A DNA stretch of 64,000 nucleotides from Chrysochromulina tobinii. Taxonomy: Eukaryota. Shown one piece after another: positions 1-11,504 of the stretch (position 1 is the first letter of the stretch; every line of letters starts with the position of its first letter). Below the pieces are notes generated by a model. That model did no database searches. It had not been told where the DNA came from and saw only the letters and a program-made list of their open reading frames with translations. A program made the translations under genes and the position numbers. The DNA lies in the NCBI GenBank assembly GCA_001275005.1, contig JWZX01002949.1:1-64000 (forward strand), written 5' to 3'.

Positions 1-189
1 GTGCACGGTGACTTTGGTGAAGACGCTGACGACGATGGCTACAAGGACACACGCTGGGTGCTGCTCAGTGACATCCTCAACTTGAGCGAGAGGGACTTGA
101 AGGAGGTAGTTGTCACGTACGAGAAGACGCTGAACAAACGTCAGGGTAGTAAGCGGCGCGCGCTCGAGGTTGCGAGTGATGAGGAGTGA
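1..189 (+). CDS. 3' end of a hypothetical protein (truncated by the window start)
   Basis: Open frame from the window edge to TGA at 187-189; charged C-terminus; no recognisable domain. Confidence 0.35.
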   Translation: MHGDFGEDADDDGYKDTRWVLLSDILNLSERDLKEVVVTYEKTLNKRQGSKRRALEVASDEE

Positions 190-554
190 AGTGAAGGGCT
201 CCATTAGCTTGAAGGGCTCCATTAGCTTGACGTTTCTCAATATGTAAAACTCGGTGATTTCAGTTGAACCAATAGATTACTTTTCCTTCGAGTGCGACCT
301 TTTTCCTTCGAGAGAGAATATTATCCGCTCTCGAACGGTATTAGGAACCCCTAGGCTCCGGGCAAATGCATTCACTTTCAACATTTCCCTAGGAGAGCTG
401 GCTCACCCTGACCGTGGCTGGAACGGCCGCTGGTGTGTAATAATTACTGAAGATAATTACGAATTGGAAGGTAGAACCGAACCTAGCTAGGTTTCGACTG
501 CCGTGCCGACTTTCTTCCGCTGGGGAGCATCTCGTGAAGCTGTCACTTAAGGTT

Positions 555-1972
555 CTAAGCCACACACTTGAAGCCGCGGAGGTAAGCCTCGAGCAGCAGG
601 ATGTCGAACGCATCGGGCTGTGCTCCAGCATGGCTGGCTTGGCGCGAGAACGCAAAGAGGTGGCGTACGCGCAGCAGCTCCGCATGCATCGCCTCCACCG
701 TGGCCTCGGGCATCGCCTCGAGCATATGGGGTACGCTACCCGTCTCCGCCTCCGGCACCCGCACGGAGAACTTGCGCCAGTCGACGAAGCAAGTAAAAGG
801 CAGCCAGTAGGTGTCGGCGAGCACGACCGGGATGCAACCATGCAGGATCGCCTCGATGAGGCGCGGCGACCACACGGCATGGCCACGGGGCGCGAGGCAG
901 AAGATAGCATCGAGCAACGCGTCCACGTATACTCTGCGCGCAGGAGGCTGCCTCTCACCAGCCGCACGTGGCGGCGGAGCGTGCCGGTACCGGAGCGCGG
1001 AGTGGACGCTACCTCGGCATTGAAGCGCCGGCCGGCCGCCACGAGCATCTCACGAGCTCGGCCGGTGCGGACTTCGTGGGTATCAGTGCTCTGACGAACT
1101 GTGCCGACGAAGAAAGCGAGCACCGAGCGACTCGAGGGCCGTGGAACAGCGGACGCCGCAGGCATCCCACCGACGTATGGAACGCCCGAGACGTGACGGC
1201 TCGGGTCAAATGGTGGGATCGTTCCCTGTTGCTGGCGGTGCGCCGACGGCAAGAGCACGCTGCTCGGGATGGTAGCATCCAGGTCCGCCGAGTTGCTGAT
1301 CGCGATCGCATGTTCACGTAGGCGCTCGTCAGACAGCACTGCAAAGTCGCGGCCCGCATCGTGCGACGACACCCACAGGTGGTCGGAGCCGTTGCGTCGA
1401 GCGAGGTACGGCCAGCGTGTTGCGATCTTTGCCACGCCATCCCTCATATCTGACGCGCAGCTGGCCACAGAGCGTAGGTTGCCGCGGTGGCCGCCCTTTG
1501 CGAGATCGAGCTTGGTGAAGCGGCATGTGCTCGCTGAGAAAGGCACGAAGAAGAGGCTGGCGTGCTCGCCAGCATGCGTGGACAGGCCAGATGCTGCCAG
1601 TCGCTCAGCAAATGCAACGTCCACGTGATAGCCAGTATTCATGTGCTTGGCAACGGCTGGCTTGAAGATGCCGCGGTACGTGAACACGCGCAGCTGCCGC
1701 CTTGACATCACCACCAATGAGTCCAGTAATGAGAGATTGCCGATCGAATCGCCAGCGCGAGCTACTGCCGCTGCACTCGTGCCGTGGTGCGTTAGGCAGG
1801 CGCAAAAGGAGAGGCCCGAGAGTGCACCCAAAGCTGTGTGCGCGCTGCTCCCACCTGAAGCGCTGCTGCTCGTCCCTGACGAATGCATCTGATTACACAC
1901 CCGAGGGTGCCTATCGCAGCAACCGTTGGCTTTGGTGCATCTCGGTCTCTGTACGGCGGTCGTCGTGTCCAT
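555..1972 (-). CDS. Exostosin-family (GT47) glycosyltransferase; frame broken near 927-931
   Basis: ORF 389..1972 carries ASLFFVPF, WPYLARRNGSDHLWVSSHDAG and RSVLAFFVG. ORF 555..926 continues FCLAPRGHAVWSPRLIEAILHGCIPVVLAD...LPF...DW, the standard exostosin C-terminal motifs. The junction needs a 2-nt shift or an unresolved intron. Confidence 0.8.
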
Positions 1973-2195
1973 CGTGCGCTCGCCCAGTCGGCCTGCTCAT
2001 AGGACACTTTTCGGACTGCCACACGTGGGTGCCAAAATGGAGGGGGCCGCGCGCGCGGGAAACGCAACCCTTTTCGGGGTCAAGTATACCGGAAGTTTGA
2101 CCAGACGCCTTTTTAGCAGCGAAACTGTATGTTCGCCAGGCCAGCGACTGAAGTCCGCACGATCAAGTTTGGCGGCATCCTTCTACCTGTGAAGC

Positions 2196-3656
2196 ATGGC
2201 GACGACGTCGGTCAACAGGGACACGCTGGTCCTTGTCACCACCCTGGACGAAAGACTCTTGCCAGAACACGCGCCAGTCACAGCGGCCTCATGCTGGCGC
2301 TGGTATTGCTTGCTCATCGTCGCAGGCATCAGCAGTCTTCAGGGTGGATACTGGTCCAATTTTGGTCCCATCTCAACACCGGCCGAGGCCTACTTTGGAT
2401 GGAAAGATGCTGACATTGCATTGCTTGCCAACTGGGGCCCAATCATGTATTTCGTCGCAGCTGCACCTTTTGCGTGGATGCTCGACGTGACAGGACTTCG
2501 CGCGAGCGCCATCGTCGCGTCAGCACTCATCTTTGGTGGCGCAGTCTGCCGAATCGTACATGTGCAACCGGATGAGCTGGGCTCACATCTCATGCACGCG
2601 GGCCAGATACTGAACGCTCTTGCCGGTCCCGTTGCCATGTCAGCTGGTCCGGTTCTGTCCGCCATGTGGTTCCCGCCCTCGGAACGCACGTTTGCAACCG
2701 CGGTTGTCGCCACATGCAACTACGGCGGCACATGCTTCATGTTTACTCTTGGGCCGCTGCTCGTCCCCACAGGTCTCACCTCGGAGGAGACGGGCGCCGC
2801 GCTGCGCACGTACATGCTAGGTGAGGCCATCGTTGCCGGCGCACTCTTTGCGGGCGCGCTCTGCTTCCCTCCCATGCCGAAGGAGCTGCCAAGCCGCTCG
2901 GCTGGCCTTGCGCGTATGGACATCGGCAGCGGGTTGGTCCAGCTGCTGCGCCTTCCGGCCTTTTGGGCGCTGGCCATGAGCTACAGCGTCTCGTCGGGCG
3001 TGTTCCAAGCGTGGGGCTCCCAGCTCGGTCCCAACATGAAGGCGGTGCTTCCAGCGGACGAGGCGGAGTCCCAAGCTGGCTTGATGGGCTTTGGTGGGGC
3101 GGTTGCGGGTATTGTGGGCGGCGTCGCCCTCAGCGCCTTCTCCGATCGTGGTCGCGGGCGCAAAAAAATGCTGCTCATCGCCCTCATGGTTGTCGCGGCC
3201 GCATGCGCACTCGCATTTGCCCTGCTCTGTACCGAGTACATCCCTGACAGCTGGCTACTGCTGGAAAAAGAAGCTCGTACCCTAAACGCCGACCGATCCG
3301 ACAGCACCAAGAGGGCCGGCAGTGTGTCGCCTGCACGGCTGGCGGCGCTCTACGCCACGAGTATCGTCACCGCACTCTGTATCAATGCGGCCGCTCCCAT
3401 CTTCTTTGAAAGCTCGGTGGAAGCGGCCTACCCCGTCGGGGAAGGGCTTGTGACCGTGGTGGCCACCGTCCTCTCGAACCTCGGCTGCCTCTTTTTCTTG
3501 GTGGCGCCGAGCATCACACCAAACACACAGTGGATGAACTGGACGCTTGCCGCCGTTTGTGTGCTCTCGCTGCTGCTCGTGTGCCCGATAGCCGAGCCCA
3601 GGGGGCGGCTGCAGCTTGACATGTGCCCGATGGATGAGGCGCCGCGCATCTCTTGA
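2196..3656 (+). CDS. MFS transporter, SLC49 (FLVCR/DIRC2-like) family
   Basis: About 12 hydrophobic segments; GQILNALAGPVAMSAGPVLSAMWFPPSERTFATAV and FFESSVEAAYPVGEG match SLC49-type motifs; single exon. Confidence 0.85.
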   Translation: MATTSVNRDTLVLVTTLDERLLPEHAPVTAASCWRWYCLLIVAGISSLQGGYWSNFGPISTPAEAYFGWKDADIALLANWGPIMYFVAAAPFAWMLDVTGLRASAIVASALIFGGAVCRIVHVQPDELGSHLMHAGQILNALAGPVAMSAGPVLSAMWFPPSERTFATAVVATCNYGGTCFMFTLGPLLVPTGLTSEETGAALRTYMLGEAIVAGALFAGALCFPPMPKELPSRSAGLARMDIGSGLVQLLRLPAFWALAMSYSVSSGVFQAWGSQLGPNMKAVLPADEAESQAGLMGFGGAVAGIVGGVALSAFSDRGRGRKKMLLIALMVVAAACALAFALLCTEYIPDSWLLLEKEARTLNADRSDSTKRAGSVSPARLAALYATSIVTALCINAAAPIFFESSVEAAYPVGEGLVTVVATVLSNLGCLFFLVAPSITPNTQWMNWTLAAVCVLSLLLVCPIAEPRGRLQLDMCPMDEAPRIS

Positions 3657-4343
3657 CAGCGGCCGGCCTGCCGTGGGCTCGGCTCGTCGGCTCCGTAACC
3701 GCATGCCCTCATTACGTTAGATATGGCTGGAGATTGGGTCTTCGAAACGACCTTGTATCACACACCACGCCGAGCGGCACTGGGTGCTCCACAGCGGACA
3801 GACCACGCTGCACGCTGCACGCGGTAAGTTGCAAGCGCGGTAAGAAGTTATCTTTACACTTTACTCTTTAGCCGCCGGGTGCGCGTACCGTTAACACTTC
3901 GCTTAGCGGCGGGCGGGCTGGGGGCCCGCGTGCGGCGCGGGTGCGGCGTGTGCGGAGGCGGCTCCGTCGCGCCGGCTCGCGACCGACCCGGCCGCGGGTC
4001 GGCGCGGCGGGTGCGGGCCGTGGTGGGTGCGGGTACATGCTTTAAGTATGCTTTCAGTACTGGCCACCTGTAGACGCGCATCTCGTCCGGGCCAGTCCGT
4101 CCAGCCTTGGATGGCCAGCGTGTGTCGGGGTCCCTTTCGTTTCTCTTTCAGCGGTTTCAGCTCCACAGCTCGGCTCGACTGAAATCGAGGCCCATGCTCG
4201 ACTCGGGGGGGCTCCACCGGATTCGATCTACTTCCCTGCGCGCCGTTTCTCTCATCTTTGGACGGACGGACCGAGTGGCACGAAGCCGCGGCCAAGCCAC
4301 TGCGCACTCGCTAGAGCTCTACGATTCGGATGAGCAGGGTTGT

Positions 4344-6206
4344 TCAAATGTCGTCACCTTGAGCGGTGTTGCTGATAACGTTCATCTGGACCTGTGCCGT
4401 GGCTACAGGGGCGGAGTCGTAGACGTCTTTCTTGCTCTTGGTGCAAGAGAAGCGCGCGGAGCTAGAAAAGCGCGCGGAGTTCCTCAGCTGTTGGGCCTTC
4501 TCGAGCTTCGCTTGCTGCTTTTGGGCTTGCAGCCTGACCTCTGCAATTTCGCTCTGATGCTTCTTCGCCAAGCGCGTTCTCTCGCGCCGCTCGAAGCACT
4601 GCACGATGCTGCTCAACGAGATGATAAAGAAGAGGGCGATGGCGGCTGGGATCAGCACGTACGCGGCTATACGCGCGATGCCGAGGTTGAGATCTACCTG
4701 GTGACACACCGCCTCGAAGAGGCCCAAGTCTTGGTCGCAGTCGGGGTACAGCACCGCGAGCGCCTCGAGGTCGTCGCCGAACAGGCATGTGCGTGGGTTG
4801 TGCTGCGTCACCGCCTCCATCTGCGCATCGCGCGTGGGATAGCGGATGTTGAGCTTGAGCGTGTCGTACACTGCGCCCGGGGGCACGCCCGCTTGGACGG
4901 CAGCCCACGGGTTCATGCAGAACCCGGTGGGGTCGGGGCGCGTTCCGTTCATGAGCGACGCCGAGATGAGTGTGTGGTACGAGTTGTTGCCCGGCCTGGT
5001 GCCCCCCTGGCCAGGGTCGGTTGCGCCAACCCAGTTGTCGGGGATGTTGTCCGGGTGGCCAAGGCCGAGAAAGTGCCCGACCTCGTGCAGCGTCGCCGAC
5101 TCGAAGTCAAAGCAGTCAAAGCACGGTGCGAAGATTTTCGTCGTGATCAGGGCGGGCAGCACGAGCAGCAGGATGAAGATCGTGAGCAGGAAGGGGTTGT
5201 AGCTTGCGAACACGCGAGCAAAAATGTTGAGGCGCTCCTGGATCGAGAGCTTCCCATCGCCGTCCTCGTCGTCTTCTTTAGCCGCGTCCTCCTCGAGGGT
5301 CGTGCACTGCATCACGCGCAAGCAGATTCGGACGACGAGCGCAAGGTAGAAGAGGATGGCGAGCGTCATGAAGCCGAACGTGAGGCCCCAGACGAGCACG
5401 CGCGCATTGCCAGCCGAGCCGAGAGACTTCTTGAGCCTGTGGAAGGGCGCGCAGAACTCCGAATCCAGGTACCAGCACACATTCTCGGTTTCGAAGCTGA
5501 AGGTGCCCGCAAACGTCTCCACCACCTGGCGGTTGTAGGTGATGACGCCAGAGTTGTTGAGGAACGGTCTGGCGCCGTTGCTGTAGCGGAAGTCGGTGCT
5601 GTACTGGGCGTGCGGCAACGCGGTCGCAACGGATGAGCTCTCGCTGGCGGCCGCAATACTGGCTGGGGTACTGTAGGGTCCGATCTTCGATGTGACCCAG
5701 ATCTCGGCGAGGGGGCAGCCGCTGTGCGGCATGACGCAGCCACTCGGCTGATTGGCCGGCGTGCAGGCAGTACCCGTGTGCCTCCTGCCAGACGTGGGCG
5801 GGCCGAAATTGAGGCCGGCGATCGTGCACTCTTTGGTCATGTCGGTGAACTTGAAGTTGCGATTGTTGGCGGCCCACTTGTCGAAGGAGCGAGCAACGGC
5901 AGCGTGGATTTCCTTGCAGCTCACGATTCTTCCTGCGCCGAAGATATCCTCGCGGAACTTTGGCAAGATGAGGTCGCACAGCGCCGCATCCATGGCCCAC
6001 GTGATCCCGCCGCCCAGGCCACGGGTGTCGTCTCTGTTTACAGGAGAGTGCCACAGCCACCCCAGCTCACGGATCGCACCAATGGAGGGGCGGCCTCGCA
6101 TCTGATTCTGGATTTCGCCGATCTGCGCGCCATAGACGGACTGCGAGGTGGTGGTCCAGCCATCAACGTTTGCAAGCAGCGTCGCAAGCAGGGTCACTCG
6201 TGCCAT
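4344..6206 (-). CDS. Membrane-anchored matrixin-like (metzincin) zinc metalloprotease
   Basis: Signal-peptide-like N-terminus; HEVGHFLGLGH zinc motif at 5055..5087; Met-turn (AQME) and DDLEALAVLYP; three hydrophobic TM segments. Confidence 0.8.
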   Translation of the reverse strand: MARVTLLATLLANVDGWTTTSQSVYGAQIGEIQNQMRGRPSIGAIRELGWLWHSPVNRDDTRGLGGGITWAMDAALCDLILPKFREDIFGAGRIVSCKEIHAAVARSFDKWAANNRNFKFTDMTKECTIAGLNFGPPTSGRRHTGTACTPANQPSGCVMPHSGCPLAEIWVTSKIGPYSTPASIAAASESSSVATALPHAQYSTDFRYSNGARPFLNNSGVITYNRQVVETFAGTFSFETENVCWYLDSEFCAPFHRLKKSLGSAGNARVLVWGLTFGFMTLAILFYLALVVRICLRVMQCTTLEEDAAKEDDEDGDGKLSIQERLNIFARVFASYNPFLLTIFILLLVLPALITTKIFAPCFDCFDFESATLHEVGHFLGLGHPDNIPDNWVGATDPGQGGTRPGNNSYHTLISASLMNGTRPDPTGFCMNPWAAVQAGVPPGAVYDTLKLNIRYPTRDAQMEAVTQHNPRTCLFGDDLEALAVLYPDCDQDLGLFEAVCHQVDLNLGIARIAAYVLIPAAIALFFIISLSSIVQCFERRERTRLAKKHQSEIAEVRLQAQKQQAKLEKAQQLRNSARFSSSARFSCTKSKKDVYDSAPVATAQVQMNVISNTAQGDDI

Positions 6207-6474
6207 GTTTTGCGGACACAGTGATCGTCAGACTTGCGGAATTTCCAAAAATGGGGAGGTTACATGTACTTGGAACGAGAAAAGCTCTTTCGAAAGAGGG
6301 CTTTGTGCAAACTATGAGGCGTTTGGCGCCAAAACGTCTTTCGAAAGAGCATGTTTCAATGAATTCCTAGCCGTTTCGTCCGAAGCCCTTTTCTCCGTGA
6401 CGCGACAGCATCCACACCAGCTCATCCACCACATCCCAGCCACCCAAGGCAGGCCACGCCTCCGACTTAGAGCG

Positions 6475-6777
6475 ATGTACGGCCACAACGCGTGGATAGT
6501 ACATCCGGAAAAGCCGCGAGTGGATACTCGCTGGCAGCCGCAAGCAACGCGTCCTGAGGTGCTGCAACCAGCAGGTTACACACAGTCCATGCCGAAATTT
6601 GATGCTGGCGGACGCCGAGATGCTTCGCTCGACCACCTGCGTTTTATGCCCTACGCGCAATTCAGACAGCCCAACCAAATCTTCACGCCCGTGGAGGCCG
6701 AGGTGCTTCCTATGCCGGACCGCACCATGAGCATTCCACGCATGGGATACAACTCACGCTTTTATTACCGAAAGTGA
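6475..6777 (+). CDS. Hypothetical small protein (100 aa)
   Basis: ATG 6475 to TGA 6777, divergent from the metalloprotease; no known domain. Confidence 0.4.
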   Translation: MYGHNAWIVHPEKPRVDTRWQPQATRPEVLQPAGYTQSMPKFDAGGRRDASLDHLRFMPYAQFRQPNQIFTPVEAEVLPMPDRTMSIPRMGYNSRFYYRK

Positions 6778-7321
6778 GCGTGCTGGGAGCGTTGGGACTT
6801 TCCGCTTTCCGAGGAGAGGCTGTTACAGTAGATGAGTTGTCAGTGTTAGCATTATTCTCGTACGCGTTAAATTGCGCTGCATAACGCATAACTCCTCAGG
6901 TCTCGGACACGGGACCATCACCGGCATTGCATCACAGAAACGATCGACCGGGACGCATACGCGCCATAGAAGGCACAGCAAGTTCCAAGTAGCAAGAGAC
7001 ACGGTGTCCCTTCGTGGTCGTGTCGACGTCGTCGCCACATCATGTTGGTGAGTTCCAGTTCGGGCTTCTCCAGTTGCCCTGGCCGCATTGCCTGGCCGAT
7101 CATATCCGGATCACCGCCCGCGTCAACCGTCATGGCCGCACCCGGCACGCACACGCCGCGCCGCACGCGCGCTCGATGGCGCCGTCGGCCGGTCTCACAC
7201 CGCGAGTTAGCCCATGTCATGCCTTGTGTTCACAGCCAATGTTTAGAATTCGACACCCAAGACACCGGACCGGCGTACACCGCGTCCTCTCACGCCGCGT
7301 CGCTCTTTCGACTCTGCAGTC

Positions 7322-10300
7322 ATGAATGAGCTCATCGCGACCGCTCTCTCTTCCCTGGAAGAACCGAACGCAGCGAGCCATATTGCGGCCCTATCTTCGA
7401 TCCCCATCGTCGAGCTCGTCGCCGCGCTCGGGCCGCAGCTCACCGACTCCAATGAGGTCTCGCGCGAGGCAGGTACCCGCCTGCTTGCAGAGGTGCTCTG
7501 GAAGCACACATCGGGAGGCGGTGACGACGCGCTTCCCGCATCCGCCGTCGAGCACCTCGTCGGCTTCTTCACGGACCGTCTCGGCGACTACCTCACCATC
7601 GGTGCCGTCCTGCGCGGCCTCTGTGCCATCACGCAACTGCCGCTCCCCGAAGGGGCGCCGCTCCGCATCGCCTCGACTCTGCTTGAGCAGTGCGACGTGC
7701 GCTCGCTCGTGCAAGCGCAGCGGCACGCGTCCATGTCGCTCGCGCTGGAGCTCGTGCGCGGCCGCCACTGGCCGGCGCTCGCGCCGAGCGGCTGCCGGCT
7801 GCTCCTCTCGACGGTGCGTGCGCTCGACGGCGAGAAGGACCCACGCAACCTGCTCCTGTACCTGCAGCTGCTGCGTCTCATGTGCGAGCGGTGCGAGGCC
7901 TCGGGCGCGCCGGGTCTGGCCGAGGCATTGCCCGAAGTCTTCGAGAGCCTCGTCGCCTACTTCCCCATCACCTTCACCCCGCCGCCGCACGATCCCTTCC
8001 AAATCACCGCTGCACACTTGTTGCAGGCTCTGATTCGGACTCTCAAGGCGAGCGTGCTCTTCGCGCCGCTCGCGCTCGGCTTCTTCGCTCAGAAGCTGCG
8101 CGAGGCAGGCGCGCCGCCCGCGCCGCCAGGCGCCACCGCGAAGGATGAGGAGCAGGAGATGCGCGTGACGCGCATGCAAGTGCTCCAGGCTCTCGCTCTC
8201 CTAACCCCGAGTTACGGCGCCGCTGCCCTCGCGCCGCACGCCGCCGTGCTCGGCGAGGCGCTGGCCGACACGACTAGCCATGCGGTGAGCCCGGCGAACG
8301 GCGACGGCGAGGTGGCGGACGATGCGAGCTCCGTCGCCACCGCCCTCGCGCTCACCCTCAGCGCGCTCGGCGCCGTCGCGAGCGGCACAGGCGAGGCGCC
8401 CGCGACGGCGCCGCGACTAGGCGAGGCGCCCGCGACGGCGCCGTCGCCCGTTTCGCCGTACACGGCCGCGCCGGCCACGCTGCTGGAGACACTGCTAGCG
8501 CCCACCATCTCACGCTGCGTGAGCGCTCCCCCGAGCGGGCTGGGCGCCGTCGTGGGCGCGCCGCTCCTCGGTGCGCTCTCGCGGCAGCACGCAGGCATCG
8601 CGCCGCGGGTGCTTCAACAGGCCCTGCCAGCGCTGCTCCGCCGCCTCGGCGACGACGCCCAGGACGGCGCGGGCGCGGGGGCCGATGCGCTCGATGCGCT
8701 CGCGATGCTCCTGGCGCTGTTGCAGATGGCACGCACCACGTGTGCCACGGCCACGGACGATCACGCACCACGTGGCGCCCGCGACGGCGCGAGCGCCGAG
8801 GCGGGCAGTGCGGAGCCGATGGAGATGGACCCGCCATCGACGCCGTCCACGCCCGTCGCCGCCGGAGCCGCCGCCGCTCCTTCGAGGGATCAGGCGGCAG
8901 CGATCGCACACGAATTCCGCAGCCGGCGCACGGCGATCGTCCATGCGGCCCTCAGGTGCCTCGGCAGCGACGGCTCGGCGGACACAGCGGCGGCGGCGGC
9001 GCGGGTGCTGTGCGCAGCTCTAGCCCCGCCTTTCTGGCCGTCCGAAGAGGCAATGCCGCGCGCTGTCCTGAGCGCCCTCAGGGCCTTTTTGCTCGCGTCC
9101 ACCACCGACAGCGCGGCCGCCGACACGGCGCTCGTGGTTGCTTCGGACGCAGCTCGCCTCTTTGCGAGCTCCCCCAGGTGCGTGGATTGCCACGGATGCC
9201 CTGCCTTGCATGCAAGTGCTCACCACGGCGCTCTCGACCCGCCTCGTTGCGGTCTCCCCACAGGGCAGCGCAGGCCGCACTCGACGTGGAGCTGCGCACA
9301 CCCGTGCTCGGCGCCTTTTGCGCCAAGGCGGAGCGCGCGCTTGCCCCCGACAGCGCGAGCGGCAAGGCGAGCGCTGCGGTCGCACTCGCGCCCATCGTCG
9401 CGGCCTTCTGCGCGGGCGACGCGCCCGCGACAGCGCCGAGCGGCCGCGCACTCTCCACCTCCACCGCGCCGATGGCACGCGCCGTGATGAGCGCGGGGGC
9501 GCCGAGCCTCCAGGTCGCCTCTGGCGAAAAGTCCGCAGGGCCCGAGTGGGCAGAGGGCGTGCACGTGCTCATGGTGATCGCCAAGCGTAGCGTGATCGCC
9601 TCCCTCCGAACGGACGCCCCAGCCGCGCCAGGGACGCTCGCGTTGGCCAGCGCATGCCTGGCGGCGCTCGCGCAGCTCCTCGGTCCGTACACGACTGGCG
9701 GCGCGCGCAATCTGACGAATCCGACGAATCCGACGAATCCGACGAATCCGACGAATCCGAGCCATTTGGATCCCGTGACCGACGCGCCCGCCACGGCGCC
9801 CGAGTGGAGCGTCGCCGTGCTGTACGAGCTCCTCATCGACCGAATCCGTCCGGCGGCGCGGCTCGAGCCGCCGCCACCCTCGCTGCCCGCCGTGGTGGCG
9901 GCGATGGCGCCACTCTGGGCGGCGATGGCCTCTCTGCCGCGCGACGCGTCTCAGCAGCCATTGCTCTCGCTCGCGATCCCATGGCTGCTGCCGCCCCCGA
10001 CGCCCCCGCCGCCCCCGTCGCTCCCGCCGCCCCCGCCGCTCCCGCCCGCAGCCAGTGCAAGTCCGGCTGTCGTGGCGTGCCGGCTGCTGCCCCTGCTGCT
10101 GTGCTCTCTGGTGCACTCGCCTGCAAGCATCCCTCTCGATCAGAGCCTCGCAGAGCCTCTGCTCGGCCTGTGCCTCGCGGGCCTCGCCGCCGCGGACGGC
10201 GCATCCAACGCGCAGGCCGAGGACCTCGAGGTGACGAAACTCGAGGCGGAGGCGGAGGTGCGACTGCGCGCGCTCTGCGTCTTCTTCAACAAGTGGGCGA

Positions 10301-11265
10301 GCGCCGAGGCGCTCGACACGGCGCTCGCGACGACGCTCGCAGCCGCCAAGGTCGGCGACGTGCACGCGCTGCGGACGTGGCTTTGGCTCGGGCGCGCTGC
10401 CGTCTGCCGGGGTGGACGTTACGCGAGCACGGTGCCACAGGCTCTCGTGGGGTTGCTCACCGCGCCGCCGACCGCTCTCGCGACGGCGGCGCTGCACAGC
10501 TGGCTCCTCCGAGCAGCCGACGGAGTGGGCGTGCTCATGGCAGACCCGGCCCCCGACTTACGAAAGGCGTCGGGTGCGCGCACCGCCCCTCTGCTCTCGC
10601 AGCGCCTCTATGTGGCGCTCGCGCCGGCCTTGCGCACCGCGCTCGACCGGACACCCCCCGACGTGCACGCGCCCACGACGGCGCTAGGCGCGGCGGAGAT
10701 GACGGCTCGGCTCGACGCGTCGTCGTGGGCACTGCTCGACGCGCTCACGCTGTGCCTGGTGCACGCGCCACCCGCCACGCTGTTCGCCGAGCCCACCAGC
10801 GCCGTCCCGTACCTCGTCGCCTGGTTGCGCGAAGCGGGGACTGAACTCGGTATGGAAGCGCCGACGGCGTCGTCGGCGGCGGCCGGCTTTCCGACGGCCG
10901 TGCCGCCCACGGCAACGCGCTGGCAGCGGCTGCCACGCGTGTTGCGCCTCGCGTGCCAGCTGCTGGTGCTGCTGCCCCCGAGCGCCGCGGAGCCGTTGGG
11001 TGAGCTGCTCCCCGCGCTCACAGCCCTTCTCCGGGTAGGTGAGCCACTGTCCCTCGGCGCCCAAATTGAGACGCTCGAGGCAGCGCTCGAGTGCCTCTCC
11101 GCCGCCTGCGTGCTGCCTCCGCACTGCCTCGTGCCTCACAAGAAGCGCGTGCTCCGGGCGCTCATGCCTGCCCTCGATCATCACAAGCGCCGCGTGCGCC
11201 ACGCCGCGCGCCTGTGCGCCAGTCAATGGCATCTCACAGTCCTGTTCACAGTTGGGCCTCGATAG
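7322..11265 (+). CDS. MMS19: MMS19/MET18-like cytosolic Fe-S assembly targeting factor; join(7322..9177,9264..11265)
   Basis: LDGEKDPRNLL and YFPITFTPPPHDPFQIT (MMS19 N domain); C-terminal HKKRVLRALMPALDHHKRRVRHAA. GT..AG intron 9178..9263 joins the two ORFs in phase 2. Confidence 0.85.
9714..9758 (+). repeat. (ACGAATCCG)x5 coding tandem repeat (TNP)n
   Basis: Directly visible 9-nt tandem repeat, in frame within MMS19. Confidence 0.9.
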
Positions 11266-11504
11266 AGACCGCTCTTGACTCTGGCGCACTAAGCGGCTCG
11301 TCAGCGCTGCTTTACTTTTGCCTGCCCAGCAGGGCCGCTGGGCGCCCGCTTGTTGCGCTGCCGCTGGAACAATAAAGGACCCGGACCGGGGAATTATTGG
11401 TACAAAGGGACGCACACAGCACACTTGCGACTTGGTGTGAACGGTTTACAGACATTGTTGGACATCACGGTACCGGTAAGCGGGGTTCACGTTCACAGAT
11501 CACA

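Noticed and set aside
193..500. 18-nt tandem duplication (GAAGGGCTCCATTAGCTT x2) and AT-richer tract as a transposon end
   Set aside because: No partner terminus, TSD or transposase visible in the window.
4107..5636. 509-aa + strand ORF, and many similar long overlapping ORFs (e.g. 9220..10497, 21262..22332, 53821..54966)
   Set aside because: Antisense or alternative-frame shadows of real genes in GC-rich DNA; no motifs.
6918..7220. Small minus-strand ORF divergent from MMS19
   Set aside because: No motif or clear gene structure; cannot be supported.
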